A DNA stretch of 62,263 nt, the filler included, from Basidiobolus ranarum (Eukaryota): the NCBI GenBank assembly GCA_040143965.1. It is 16 parts of 16 records of this genome, joined end to end, with 100 filler letters (N's around TTAATTAATTAA, not from the genome) between each part and the next. Parts side by side here need not be neighbours in the genome. Positions count along the whole stretch, not along the records: positions 35,142 to 38,937 come from JASJQH010002282.1; positions 39,038 to 42,832 come from JASJQH010002283.1; positions 42,933 to 46,725 come from JASJQH010002284.1; positions 46,826 to 50,613 come from JASJQH010002285.1; 12 more parts are not named here. The stretch is one strand, 5' to 3'. The position numbers and the translations under genes were made by a program. Below the pieces are notes generated by a model. It was not told the origin of the DNA. It saw only the letters and a list, made by a program, of their open reading frames with translations, and did no database searches. How positions within the stretch are numbered: position 1 is the stretch's first letter; the number at the start of each line of letters is the position of its first letter. Below, in pieces: positions 37,603-50,713 of this stretch.

Positions 37603-37931
37603 TGTTAAAGTATTTGGGAGCCTGTTGGAAGTAGTTTGGAGAATTAGAGGAATTGGTGGTTTTCACTTATTGATTTATTGAGTAGAAAGTTGACATTTAT
37701 AGTTTTATCAAGATGTAGGCAAACTAACGGGTAGACTGTGTTAAGGAAGATCCCAGGAACATGTGTGCAAAGTTTGGGGCTTCTAGCACAAGTTATCAAA
37801 ATCTATATATCTGAGAACTTCCAAGTAAATTCCTTATGAGAATAATGGATAATATCTTAGTGAATTATAAGATAACTAAGTACTAAGCTATATATGACTA
37901 TATAGGTGTTTAGGCAATGCTAATTTCAACA
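37603..37931 (-). mobile_element. Solo LTR, family A
   Basis: TG...CA ends; TSD imperfect (TAAAC/GAAAG). Confidence 0.88.
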
Positions 37932-38686
37932 GAAAGAAACTCTGGGAGTCAAGATGCTTTGTAAAGGAAGAGGCGATAAATCACGAATATAAACTAGTCT
38001 ATACTTATCAGCCAGCTGCTTTAATATTGATCAGTATTTGAGTTGTTCATAAACAAGATCCTTTGATGATGTATGATGAACTAACCAGTGAAGGGTGGCG
38101 GTTTGCAAGATTTTGAATGGTAGATTACTCGATAACTAGATAAATGGGCTTCAAAGAATAATTTGAATCAACTCCTTAAACCACCCAAGATCCATTACCT
38201 AGTTTCAGTACAAAAACTTGAAAATGCTGCTGATCCACAGTTAGTAAGGGATTAGGAATGAGATACGTAACAAATGCTTGGTGTGCAATTTCATTAATTT
38301 CAACAGGTTCTGGCATTTATTCATGCGGTAGATCTTACCTCATAGTTCAACAATGCATAATTCTATCGGTGGCACCTCTATGACTCTACTACGTACTTCG
38401 ATGTTGTTGCTGACTAGTACAGATCTCCAATCTTAAATATTGTATCTAGTGGTTTGCATTGTCTCGTATAATGTTTCAACTGTTATCTTTTTGGGAGAAG
38501 AGACAAGTTTGAGGCGAATCAAATACAGTTGGACTCACCACTACAACTAATCATCTGTGTAACCGTTAGGCGACATGACAAGTTCTTTAATTCAGGCTTA
38601 ATCATTCACCAGATGCGAATATAAAACTCGGACAAATTCACGAATATTTTATTCGTAAGTTAAGAAACCCACGTACTACTGCTGCG

Positions 38687-38937
38687 ATGAATGAGAAACA
38701 GACTGCCGCCTTGCGTGAACTTGAATCACAATTTGCTCTCCCGGAGACTAAACTGCGTGAAATTATTGATAGCTTCATTAAAGCTATGGAAGAGGGATTG
38801 GAAGCTAATGGTCGAAATTTAGCCATGATCCCAACATTCGTCACAGGTTGTCCTACAGGCCAAGAGGTTGGATCCTATTTAGCCCTTGACCTTGGTGGAT
38901 CCAATTTCCGTGTTTGTCAAGTGGATTTAGAGGGAAA
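38687..38937 (+). CDS. Hexokinase/glucokinase, N-terminal part (3' truncated)
   Basis: LAMIPTFV..PTGQEVGSYLALDLGGSNFRV phosphate-1 motif. Confidence 0.95.
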
Positions 38938-39569
38938 NNNNNNNNNNNNNNNNNNNNNNNNNNNNNNNNNNNNNNNNNNNNTTAATTAATTAANNNNNNN
39001 NNNNNNNNNNNNNNNNNNNNNNNNNNNNNNNNNNNNNGGAGACCACAGAAGAGGTTAAAGAACCAGCTACAGAACAGGAGTAAAGATGGATCACTCACTT
39101 TATCATATACGTGGCATTCACGTGATTTTCAAGTGGTCTCTATGACTAACTATAGTACTACATCACTTATCGTTACTCTTTTGCTTTTAATGATTAGAAA
39201 CGTTATCAGTTGAAATGCAACGGATATTTTTGTCATGTGTGGTTACTTTCCATTTGTTAATGTAAATTTCTTTCATAAATCTACCACATGATCCATTTTC
39301 TATCATTAAATTTACAAATAGATTTCGGAACTTCTCTCATTCTTTTTGCCCAACTTTTGATAGAAGCAATTGATGTATAAAGTCTCATATTTGAATGACA
39401 TCTACTTTGAAAGTCATTCAAGAGTATAATATCACTTGTTGGTTCTTTTCCTGGTGGTAAATGCCTATTCAATCTTACTATTGAAAGAGTTGTGTCAACT
39501 TCGGGTTAGGTATTCACTTACTTATTTCCAAGATGTTCACCAATCATGTGCTCTAATTAGAGTAGAGAT

Positions 39570-40437
39570 TGGTGAAAATTTGCTCAAGTATAGATGTATA
39601 TATAGCCATGTATAGCTTACTATTTGGTTATTCCATATTTTAATAAGATTTCACTCACTATTCTCAAGAGGAAATGGCTTAGAAGCACTGATGTTGGAGT
39701 ATTTTGGGAGCATGTTGGAAGAGGCTCAGAAAACTACAAAATATAAGCAGGCAACATGTAGAATGTGTTGAGGAAAGTCACAGGAACATGTGTGCAGAGT
39801 TTGGGGCCTCTAGCATAAGTTTGAAAAAACATGTAAAGTAAATTCTATTTGAGAATAGTGGGTGATATCTTAGTAAAGTATAGAGTAGCTAAGTACTGAC
39901 CTATATATGACTATATAGATGCTTAGGCTATGCTTATTTCAACATCCAGGACCTTCCTTAATACATTTTATATGCTTGTTTGTTTACCTATAAACAAAAC
40001 TATAAATGCCAATTTTCTACTCATTGAACTAATAAGTAAAAACCATCAGTTTTTCTAGTTCTCCAAACCACTTCCAACAAACTCCCAGAATACTTCAACG
40101 GTGATGCTATTGTTAAAATTAGCATTGGCTAAACACCTTCATAGTCCTTTATAGCTTAATATTTAGTCATCTTATATTTAAGTAAGATATTACCTATTTT
40201 TCTCAGTTGGAATTTACTTGGAATATTTTTACATACTTAGAAGTTCTCAGATATGTAGATTTTCAAACTTGTGCTAGAAGCCCCAAGCTTTGCACACATG
40301 TTCTTGGGACCTTTCTTAGCATATTCTACTTGTTAGTTTGGCTTCATCTTGACAAAACTATATATTCAACTTTCAACTCAATCAATCAATAAGTGGAAAC
40401 CACCAATTTCTCTAATAGGCTCCCCAATACTTTAACA
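39570..40437. mobile_element. Cluster of three family-A-type solo LTRs: 39570-40100 (+) with nested 39692-39944 (-), then 40111-40437 (+)
   Basis: TSD GAGAT/GTGAT for the first and perfect GCTAT for the last. Confidence 0.85.
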
Positions 40438-42754
40438 GCTATACACAATGCATTCAGTAATATCAGTAAATTGGTTTTGTGCACTCTGTTTTTTACACTT
40501 TTTTCATCTGGCAATAATTAGTTGGCTATCTCTATCACTACAGGTGCTCATCTATGATATTCAAACCTGGGTAGATCTGTATGTAAGTCCTGAATCTTGC
40601 AGTTACTTATCAACATACTAAGATGGATCAGTTTATTTCTTTAAAGTTATCTAGAACCCACTTCTGTATGATGTGAAATATGTGACAATGTCTTTTAGTA
40701 GCTTTCTCTTGATATACAGAGATATAACAATAAAAAGTATCTATGGTAAGTTAAACATTAGAGAGTATTTGTCACACTCAGGATAAATACAGCATCTTAA
40801 AGGTGCACCCATTATGATTAAACTTGTAAATTATGCAAAATTGTTGGACAATTACCTTAATTCAAAATATTGGCTAACTTTAGATCCAATACAAAAATCA
40901 AAAACAGGAAAGGCTTGTACCTATAGTCTCTTATTCTAATTAGGAATATTTTGATGTCTATATAATATTACGTTGTATTACCCTCACTTATCAATCTTGT
41001 CACATAAGCTCTTGAATATCTTGGACATTTCATTTACCTCTCTGATATATAAGTCACCATATTCTGTTAAGAATAACACAACCACCAAGAGTAGTGGAAT
41101 CACCTTCATAATATCAAAGACTGTTACTTAGGTTCTTATTAGGCTACATGACGAATATCAAACTCAATCATGCAGTGATTACAGAGATTTTACTATTTAA
41201 AAAATGCATGCGCAATTAATGAATTAGTTGTGAGTGCTAGTGTATATTCAATGTGTTGGTTAGTGTATTTCATGAGCTAATACTACTACAGTGTTTTGAT
41301 TTCATTAGTGTTTCAATACTAAAAGCAAGTACTGAAAATGCTTTGCTTTTCCAGATCGCCGAGTTGCGGATATAATGTGATAAGACACACCACCTATCCT
41401 TATTACAACAGATCTCTCCTAATAATCATGACATTTCTAATACGAACCAAAAATATTCTTTTGACGATGCTCTGAATAAGATGACATTGATTGAGTCTAA
41501 GTGTTTCCAACCTCAACCTAACACGCAAATACCAGACTCGCCATAGATACGCTGGCTAAGAACCGCAGCATATTATCGCAGCAAGCATGATGATAAGGTA
41601 ATGGGCATATGGTAGGGTTAGGGTGCAAAATAATTATATTGGATAGAGAATTCGATCTAATAATGAGATTATCATTGGGTTATTTAATAGTTGTAAGGGA
41701 CACAATCAATATAAGCGGTCTTACCAAAGCTTCAGATAAGAAAAAGGCGTATATCTCTTTTTGTCTATTTGGCTCAGTATTCCGTTCTTGAATATTTTTT
41801 TCTAAAAAAGATTGAACTTGAATAGAATTCCCCAAAACTGATTGATATGAAGGTTAAGGAACATCGATTGCTAATGACAAAATATAGCTTATGACATAAG
41901 GAGATTGACCACATAAGAATTACCTTTCATCAATTTCCGATAAATCTATAGAATCAGATACGAAATCCCATGCTCGCATTCCGAGGAATAAGTGGCTACT
42001 TTCTGGCTGAACCAGGTAAACACATAAAGTACCTCTAATGATTCAAGGGTTGGACACAAAAGCTGGTTTAGTTAATGAGCATGAATCAATTTCAACGTAG
42101 TCAGAGACTCTAGGAGTCTTTGTGTTTGTGAAACTGGTCCTATAAAGTACAAAAAGGAATCTTCACGAGGCTACGTGCGAGAGTATTTACCCTGAACTTT
42201 TGTTAGACTGTTTCGAATACAGACCCAGATTTTAATAGAGCTGGTTGGCTAAATGGCCTCTGCAAGTCCATTAACTAAAATCTTGATTGCTACGAGTATT
42301 ACTAATTCATTTACAATCACTTATTTCACGACTTGGCAAGCAGTTTAAGGAAACTAAGGGACTATTGTGTTAGTTAAAGTATCTTTGTCTAAAAAGGAGA
42401 TACATGTGGGCTTTTGTCATTCGAAAAATTGCCGTTGAAAAGTTAAAAATAATTCAAGATTGGAAATAGAATGGCCTGGGGAGTCCACAAATCATGGGGG
42501 ATAAAGGATTAAAATCAACTACTTCTATATCAATCTTTCTACTCAGTAATGCTACAATTATGCTGCAAGGTGCGCCGAAGTCACATTGGCTCTTTTGATA
42601 TTCTTTTTATTATATAGTAATTCCATGATTAATGACATTACACCAATTTCGAAGCCACAGTTTGGAGTATAAATTAGCTCTATTCCTCACCAATAATCAA
42701 TACATCATTCATCTTTTTCACAGGCTGAAAAACCTTTTCAAAGAAACATTAGAA

Positions 42755-42832
42755 ATGTTTGCTAAAATTACTACTTCTCTCGTTATTCTTCTCGGAGTCT
42801 CCTCCACTGTTATGGCCCATATGTCCATGACC
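42755..42832 (+). CDS. Secreted protein start, probable lytic polysaccharide monooxygenase (AA11-like), truncated
   Basis: Signal peptide MFAKITTSLVILLGVSSTVMA followed by HMSMT (His1); upstream TATAAA at about 42668. Confidence 0.55.
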
Positions 42833-43024
42833 NNNNNNNNNNNNNNNNNNNNNNNNNNNNNNNNNNNNNNNNNNNNTTAATTAATTAANNNNNNNNNNNN
42901 NNNNNNNNNNNNNNNNNNNNNNNNNNNNNNNNAGCGTTTCTGTAATTGACAGATCGCGCCAGATGGTGTACTAGCAGGCTGGATCGAGCGGAACAATCTG
43001 ACCTGGTCCGATGGAACAAGTCTA

Positions 43025-45944
43025 GGGTTTTCGGGGTCCACAAATCCATCAGGTTGGTCTATATTGGTCTTCTCAGTAAGCACATCACTCAAAAAAGTAG
43101 TTTTAACACCCATTTAATTCATAATAAACTGATATTTAGCTGAAATTGCTAAAATCAATCAGTTTCAATTAAACTTTGTCACAGGAGCAAAACTTTCTAT
43201 ATAATCTATTCCTGGTGTTTGGGAATAGCCTTTTGCTACTAGTCTAGCTTTGTACTTCTCTACATTGCCATCAGAGTTGTATTTAACTTTCAACACCCAT
43301 GATGTAATCAGGGCCATTTCTGATCTGATTTGATCTCCTGGTTTGGCATAAAGTTATTACAAGTGGAATTGTATTGGGCTCTTCAGTAGGCAGAATTCTG
43401 GTTGAAAGGTCCACAAGAATGCTGTTTTCTTAATTGTTTTGCTTCATCTGAGATCAATTTGGGTGAAAACATTTTGTTTTCAGTAAACAAAACATCCCTG
43501 GCCTTGATTAACTTGAAGGTTTGGTATCATAGAGTCTGTAGGCCTTAGTTAGAGTACAATAACCCTGAAATGTGCTTTTCTTACTTTTTGGACCAAATTT
43601 GGACTGATTTTTGGTCATAATTTTCACACAAGCCATGCATCCAAAAACTCTCAAATGTGTTACATCAGGTTTGACTCCAAACCAAGCTTGATGTGGTGTA
43701 GAGTTTGATGGACTTAGAATTTAACTCCCGTGGTTGAGATATAGAGCTGCAGAAACCAATTCTGCCCTAAAGTTATGAATTAAATGTTGTGCATTTATCA
43801 TAGATCTTGCCATTTCAACTATGGTCCTGTTAGCTCTTTCAGCTACTACACTTTGTTGAGGTGAATAAGTAGCAGTGGTTTCTTGTTTAATTCCATGAAC
43901 TTTGCCAAAATGCTTAAATTTTGGTGAAGTATATTCTCCACCTTTATCAGTATATATTTTCTTGATTTTAGTTCCACCTTCAGTCTTTGCAAGTGTTTTA
44001 AAATCTCTAAAAATAGAGAGAGCTTCTTTTTTTCTTTCCATAAAGTAGACTCAATTGTATCTTGTATAACCATGAATAAGTGTAATTAAAGCTCTTTTTT
44101 GACCTAAAGATAAATTTGGATATGTCCCTACAAATCTGAATGAATTAGATCTAATTTTTGACAGATTTGATTAAACTAGAGCTCTTGAGCAGCTGGCTGG
44201 CTTGTTTTCTATGTGTACAACCCTCGCAAATCTTCATTTTGGTTGGGAGGTTGATTTGAATTCCAGAAGTTATGCAATTTCTCATCATTTTGCTCGAATA
44301 ATCAAATCTTATATGGCTAAATCTCTTATGCCATAACTTGATGGTTTCTTGATTGGAATAATTTATATTTACATAGGAACTTCTTGGATTGCTTGTATGC
44401 TTGTATAAGTTCTGATCCTTTTCTCCTGGAGCTAGATAAGTCCCATTTTGTTCACTGATGGTTCATCCTGCCTTACCAAAATTGAATTTTAGCCCTGCTG
44501 AGGTGGCCTTGCATACAGATATTAAATTCTTGGAAATATTGGCAGCATGTAGCACATCCTTAAAAGTATACATTTCTCTTCAGAAGCACCAGTTTAATTG
44601 CCTTGAATTGTTCCCATTTCAATAGCATCCAACATGCAGTCATCTCCCATGAAAACCTTTCTAATTGGGATTTCCTCATAATCCACAAACCAATATATTC
44701 ATTTGTGGAATGCTGGGAGGTTCCCAAATCAATATACCATGTCTGAGTATCCTTGTTGATAGTCATAGATAGAGCAGATGTGAAAAAGTGATCTTCTGTT
44801 GTAACTACATTTGCAGATTCAATGTGTTTTTCTTCTTTTGCAGTGCTTTGACAGGTATCTTTGCATAAATGGTCAGTTCTTTTGCAGTAGTTGTAGAATT
44901 TTTACTTTTCTTTTTAAAGTGCTCTTGACCTTTATAGGAATGTTTCCTATGGCCTATTAACATCTTTTCTTCATTCTTTTGGTTGGATCCCAATTTGCAA
45001 AAATCTTCTTCCAGAAGTCTGCAAATACATAAATCAATGCCAAATTTTCAGTTCTTGATTCTAGAACCATTACTAGGCTCTGATTCTCCTGTGGCAGGCT
45101 ATTTGGGACTGTAACTATGATATCTTGATCAGCAGTAGATACTCCAAAACATTCCATATCATCCACTAAAATAGTGATTGTATTAATTAGTGATTTAATG
45201 TCATCTCCTAGCTTCATTTTAAGTTAAAGAAATGCCTTCTTAGAAACATCTTGTTGGTGGCAGAACTTGTTTAGTAGGTGTCTTCCAAGCCTTTCTACAC
45301 CTTCTTGGCAGTTTCAGCACTTGAACACTGAGTTAACTATTTGTCTTTAACATTATGACAAACTGTGTGAAAGACCCTTCATTTTTTTTAACCTGGAGTA
45401 AAACTTTATTTTCAGATAGTTTTGCATTGCTTCCTACTCCTGCAACAGTGTCCCAAAATCTTTTTTCTTGCCGCAGCATCTTCATTGTATTCTTCCAAAC
45501 CTGCTAATAGGTTCCATCCAACTTTTTCAGACAAGTAAAAGTTCCATAAACTTGAGAAACAGACATTTGAGATAGTGCAAGCTTGGAGTTCATAACCTGT
45601 TAAAGCATTTGGGAACCTGTTGGAAGTGGTTTGGGAAATTAGAGAAACTGGTGGTTTTCACTTGTTGATTTATTGCATAGAAAGTCTACATTTACAGTTT
45701 TGTCAAAATATAAGCAAACTAACATGTAGATTGTGTTAAGCAAGGTCTCAGGAACATGTGCACAAAGTTTGGAGCTTCTAGCAAAAGTTTGAAAGACATA
45801 TATATGGAAGAACTTCTCAGTTGGTAAAATATTCCAAGTAAATTTCAGTTGAGTATAATGAATATGATCTTAGTCAAATATGAGATAGCCAAGTACTAAG
45901 CTATATATGACTATATAGACGCTTAGGCAATGCTACTTACAACA
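43025..45944 (-). mobile_element. Decayed copia family A: 5' LTR (45598-45944), PBS (45586-45597), gag, protease, integrase and RT start
   Basis: [49 protein letters not shown] and QPDGF. Confidence 0.92.
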
Positions 45945-46596
45945 ATTTTGAGATGGTGTCACAAACGAGTCATCAGAGGATTTAGAAGATATATCTGGCA
46001 ATGGATGGCAATTTTTGCTTATATGAACAAGTTTTTAAGCAATTTTATTACACAAAGTTTACCTTCTGAATCTTTTTAATGCCATGGAAAGTTTATTCAA
46101 GAATCAATTAAAAAATGACTTGTTAGCAAAAGCCTACTGGCAAGAGAGGAAAAAAACCAGCAAGAACCAAATATTTAATTGATGAGCAGTCAGGCAATCC
46201 ACTATCCACTTTGGAAGGTATTACCATGCTGGGAAGTAACTCAGGTAAAAATGAAGAATTAACTTATTTACTGGATGTGTTCCTTTCTAGTGATAGTACA
46301 AGTGAGGAGACTACTACCTTCCAATGATGTATAAAATGAATAGTTGAGCAAAGTTTAACAGAAATGCTATCACAACCATCAACTTCCAAAATGCCTATTT
46401 TGCCAACAATTGAACACTTCTCCATTGCCTATTTGGATAGAATCATTACAGCCAGGGAAGCATGGGCAGAACACTGTAAAGATTTGTGTGTGATATAAGT
46501 AAAAATTACAAAGTTGCTGCACATGCCATGACAAGGAATAATGCGGCAATATTGCAATCATTGCTAAATTCAAAGCAACTAGTCAGCAGTTAGAGA
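45945..46596 (-). mobile_element. CMC transposon 5' region
   Basis: Homologous to 745-1395. Confidence 0.8.
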
Positions 46597-46725
46597 TATT
46601 AGGAAAATATGGGATGTTTGGAGGAACTTTAGAAAAGTGGAGTTGTGAATAGCTTTGTGAGATAATTGTTTATTGTCCAGAAATAAAGCATTTATACTTT
46701 TTGGTGGAAATACAGAAAACTAACA
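46597..46725 (+). repeat. LTR-like repeat family D, truncated
   Basis: Matches 20669-20825. Confidence 0.65.
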
Positions 46726-46825
46726 NNNNNNNNNNNNNNNNNNNNNNNNNNNNNNNNNNNNNNNNNNNNTTAATTAATTAANNNNNNNNNNNNNNNNNNN
46801 NNNNNNNNNNNNNNNNNNNNNNNNN

Positions 46826-47012
46826 AGATATTCAGGAGTTTGTGTAATAAGATATAATAGACAAGTGGGGGTAATAAGACATACTTGTTATATAGATATA
46901 GAGATATTCCTATTTAGAATATAGGGGCTATAGATATGTTGCTTTCTGTTTCTGATATATGCATCATGACTAAAGTTAACTATGATGTTGAATAAAGATT
47001 AATTATCCAACA
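46826..47012 (-). mobile_element. LTR-like repeat family C, truncated
   Basis: Reverse complement of 11521-11629; ends CCAACA. Confidence 0.7.
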
Positions 47013-48207
47013 GAAACTCCTCCCCTGTAAGACCTCCTTCCTATATATTTTATATCACCAGGATATCTGACAGTAAGTAAGGTCCAGTTCACTTTTCAGA
47101 TTGATACTGGAAAAATCTAGATATTTTTATATGCATACTCTGATACCTACTCATTATTGCCTTTGCAGCTTCTGCTTTCTTTTTCCATTAAAAAATTGAT
47201 ATTAGAGCAATATGGTGAATCATTTATGTTATTAATTTGTATTACAAATGACAACAAATTTCATATGTGCCACTTAATCAAGTATTTTCATTACTAAAGT
47301 TTACACATGGATTATCCAGAATTTTTGACCAATGACCATGGTATAGGCCAAGAGATTTTTCATCAATGTTTCAATTGAATCATTATCGAGTATCTCCACA
47401 ATACTGGATGAATAAGGAAATATTAGCCAACTATAGAAGAAGAAAAATGATTGGGATTTAGGAATAATGAGGTCATATATGTATCCTTTAGAAGGTATTT
47501 GGTGGTGAATTTCCTTAATTGAAACTCATATTAGTATGTTTCTAAAGAAGTGATATTGATTATGTTGATCACCTTTTGATTCGTAAGGTAACTGGTGGTA
47601 AACATTAGGGGGTGTGAGAATGGAATATGGATTATCGGGTAGTAAATTAATCATCCAATCGATTCTATTGAACATGGGTGATTGCTCTGTTTGGAAAGGT
47701 GTCCCTTGATACACTTAAAGTGTGGGGTTAAGGGTATGCTTAAATGAATGGACTCCGATTGAGTTATATTTGGGTCAGAATTAGATGAAGATTTCAAGTG
47801 CACTGGCATTCTGTATATATAACATATATACTATGTACGAACCAATCATTTTAAAAATATCTCCACTAATCGAGAGTGTGAGCTGGAGAATTGTCATGAA
47901 CCTCCAACATTACTATCTCGGGTGGACGCAGCCATAACATTCCCATGATAAAGTGGTGGTTTATTATTATATATAAAATGATTCATTCGTGGGATGAGAC
48001 GTGACAAAATTGAAGTGTATCAATCTGTAGAGTGAGAATCCGATAACATAACTGAAGGGTGTGACAGAATAGCAACAGGTGCCCCCACACACATCCATCG
48101 GATTCAACGAATAAACCGATGGGTAGTATTCAAGTTCAGTCTACCGATCATATCAAGTGTACCCGTCTATTTGAAACGGTACTGTGGATGATGAGTTGGG
48201 GAGAGTG

Positions 48208-49536
48208 TTACTTTGGATGAGTGAATGCTTCATCGTAGTAATTATGTCCTTGCTTTTCAAGGAACTTATCAAATGAACTCAACAACACACCCATCCAAGA
48301 TCCTTCGGCTATGGGGGTGTTCCAGTTGTTATGCCAATGATACGACCATGCTCCCGGGAAAAAGTATTCAAATTGACGACTGGGAAGTTCATCTTCTGCC
48401 AACATATCGAATTCTCCGAGTACCTCCTCAGGATCGAATGCATCTAGGAACTCACTCAGGTTAGGTAAGAGTTTCTTGCCAGCTTGATGTTTATCGTTCT
48501 TGAGCCAAAGTGGATCGAAAAGTGCCAACGGGAGCATTAGTAGTTCTGGCTTTTCCGGGAACTCTGGGATTTTATCGTTCCATTCGCTTAGGTATTGATT
48601 GATATTTCCTGGATGGAAAGAACCATTGGCAATCGCACGGTTAACCAACCATCTACTTAATGTACTGTTGGCACTCATACGGAAGATAGCAGTGTTAAAT
48701 TTGGGTGTATAACTCCATTGATAAGCAAAAGCCTGGGGAGCATGATAAAGTGGTCGGTAGTCACGGAGGAATAATACATCCGCATCATGGTACAATCCTC
48801 CGTACAGGTGTAAAACTACAAACCGCACCATATCACTATAGGCAACGGTTTTCACAGCCTTGGTCTTGAGGTCAGCAAAATCAGGGCTCTTCTTCACTTC
48901 CTCTTCAAGAGACCACTTTTTGAACTGTATTAATGAGGGAGAGTATTTAAGTAAGGAAGCGGAAAACTTATTTGCCTCAAGCTCCTCCTGAGTACCCCAA
49001 GAATCCATCCAGATCAACAGTTTGGAGCAGGCTAAAGGTTGAGTGTATAGGAACGATTTGATGGTCAAGGCAAGTTTGTCCGAGAACGCTCCGCGCCAAT
49101 AAATGTGAAATAACATAGGCTCTTCTTGTGAACACATGGGTGTGTTAGGCTCGACCTCCGGCTTGGAAAGGTATAAATACTCACGCTGCTTATTTTGGAT
49201 ATAATCAAGACACTCAAAAACGGAAACCTTCTGCATGTCACACTTCTCTAGGATTATAGTCAAATTAGCAACGTAGTTTGTTGGTGTTCTAAGTTGGGGC
49301 TGGAATTTTGTATGACTAGGCATGAGAATCTCAGTGTCGTCAGCTATGACCGGTACATGCGGAATATGAGGGGTAGGTACCAGAGTGTTATCGTGCAATG
49401 GCTCATGAAAGGAATTAGATGAATCAAACTTATAAACATGAGTAAGTGCGTAATAAGATAGCAGGCAAAGGGTGACCACTGCCATATAAAAGAGCAGCTT
49501 TCTTGGTCTAGAGATGCCTAATTTACTTATGAACAT
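48208..49536 (-). CDS. Type II membrane glycosyltransferase, DxD sugar-binding (GT32-like), 442 aa, intronless
   Basis: First ATG at 49536; N-terminal TM LLFYMAVVTLCLLSYYAL; FHIYW, SDMVRFVVLHLYGGLYHDAD and YHWHNNW. Confidence 0.88.
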   Translation of the reverse strand: MFISKLGISRPRKLLFYMAVVTLCLLSYYALTHVYKFDSSNSFHEPLHDNTLVPTPHIPHVPVIADDTEILMPSHTKFQPQLRTPTNYVANLTIILEKCDMQKVSVFECLDYIQNKQREYLYLSKPEVEPNTPMCSQEEPMLFHIYWRGAFSDKLALTIKSFLYTQPLACSKLLIWMDSWGTQEELEANKFSASLLKYSPSLIQFKKWSLEEEVKKSPDFADLKTKAVKTVAYSDMVRFVVLHLYGGLYHDADVLFLRDYRPLYHAPQAFAYQWSYTPKFNTAIFRMSANSTLSRWLVNRAIANGSFHPGNINQYLSEWNDKIPEFPEKPELLMLPLALFDPLWLKNDKHQAGKKLLPNLSEFLDAFDPEEVLGEFDMLAEDELPSRQFEYFFPGAWSYHWHNNWNTPIAEGSWMGVLLSSFDKFLEKQGHNYYDEAFTHPK

Positions 49537-50713
49537 GACAGACTCGTTGGCAATGTTATAATACAAGCAAAAGATAGAAAGAAGAAAGGCCAAGGAACAG
49601 ATGAGCAGATATGGGTATAGGAGAGGGTTACCAAGTTGAGCGAGAGTTTTTATTTATCTGTTGATGTTCGCCAGCTGGTTCCCTTTGATATTATAATCTA
49701 ACAAGAATGATTTGGCGATACTTCAGGCTCTTTCCGAAAGAAGGAAATTCAAAAAAGCTTTATATTTCATGGGCTATTTTTGGAAGAGCAATCAATGCGT
49801 TTTAAAATATCCCCAGGGCCAATTAGCCAATGGTTAATCGTGTATGCAACGGATTCCATTCATTTGTAGGAAACTGTACGACGGTTGCCTCAAATAATTT
49901 GACCATGGGGCGTTTTTAATTTAGACTGCGTTTGATCAGCCCAACGGGATCAAGAATGGACTCCATATATTTGCCAACCTGGTAATTCTCGCCATCATTC
50001 TCACTTTCACTTGTAATATTTCCGAACTCAGCATCGCCAGCACCGGCAATGTACGCCCTCTCGCCTCCTTTTAATGCCATGATGTGATGGGTTTCGAACG
50101 GTTACTTCTTGATCAACGATTAATCACTCCAACTGATCAGTGATGGCTTAACCAACAATAAGGCTAGTGTGCAGTATTCAATCTATTTCCAATTGAAGTT
50201 GTTAATGAAACGCTGATCTGAACGCGAGGAGATGGGCTTTGTTCCGTTATAATAAAGTGAGGCTATGGGGGCGTTGATTTCATCTTGTACAGCCTTAGGC
50301 GTCCCAACTTTAAGCGACTGCCTGTGATAACAGTGAGAGGCATTTCAGCTGACACACCCTTAAGCATAAGCTCAGTGTTTTGAGAGCAAACGTCCGCGCA
50401 GAGTTGGCATTAAATCAGCTTTTCAGAGCGTTAGTAATGGCGTCTTCCTAGGAGCGCGTTTGTATTGCTCTATGATGAAGTGCAGCACTAAGCCTCGCAC
50501 TTAATTACCATGGTTGATCGTATACCTGGTACAAGTGATAATCACCACGGCCGATGAATATAAGTGTATAGCCGATTATGTACGGCTGCCCCTGGGCTTT
50601 CCCGATAAGATGCNNNNNNNNNNNNNNNNNNNNNNNNNNNNNNNNNNNNNNNNNNNNTTAATTAATTAANNNNNNNNNNNNNNNNNNNNNNNNNNNNNNN
50701 NNNNNNNNNNNNN

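Noticed and set aside
41613..41624. TAGGGTTAGGGT telomere-like tract
   Set aside because: Only two units, with no duplication or insertion context; compatible with chance
49916..50080. 54-aa minus-strand ORF (MALKGGERAYIAG...)
   Set aside because: Short, with no motif or other support
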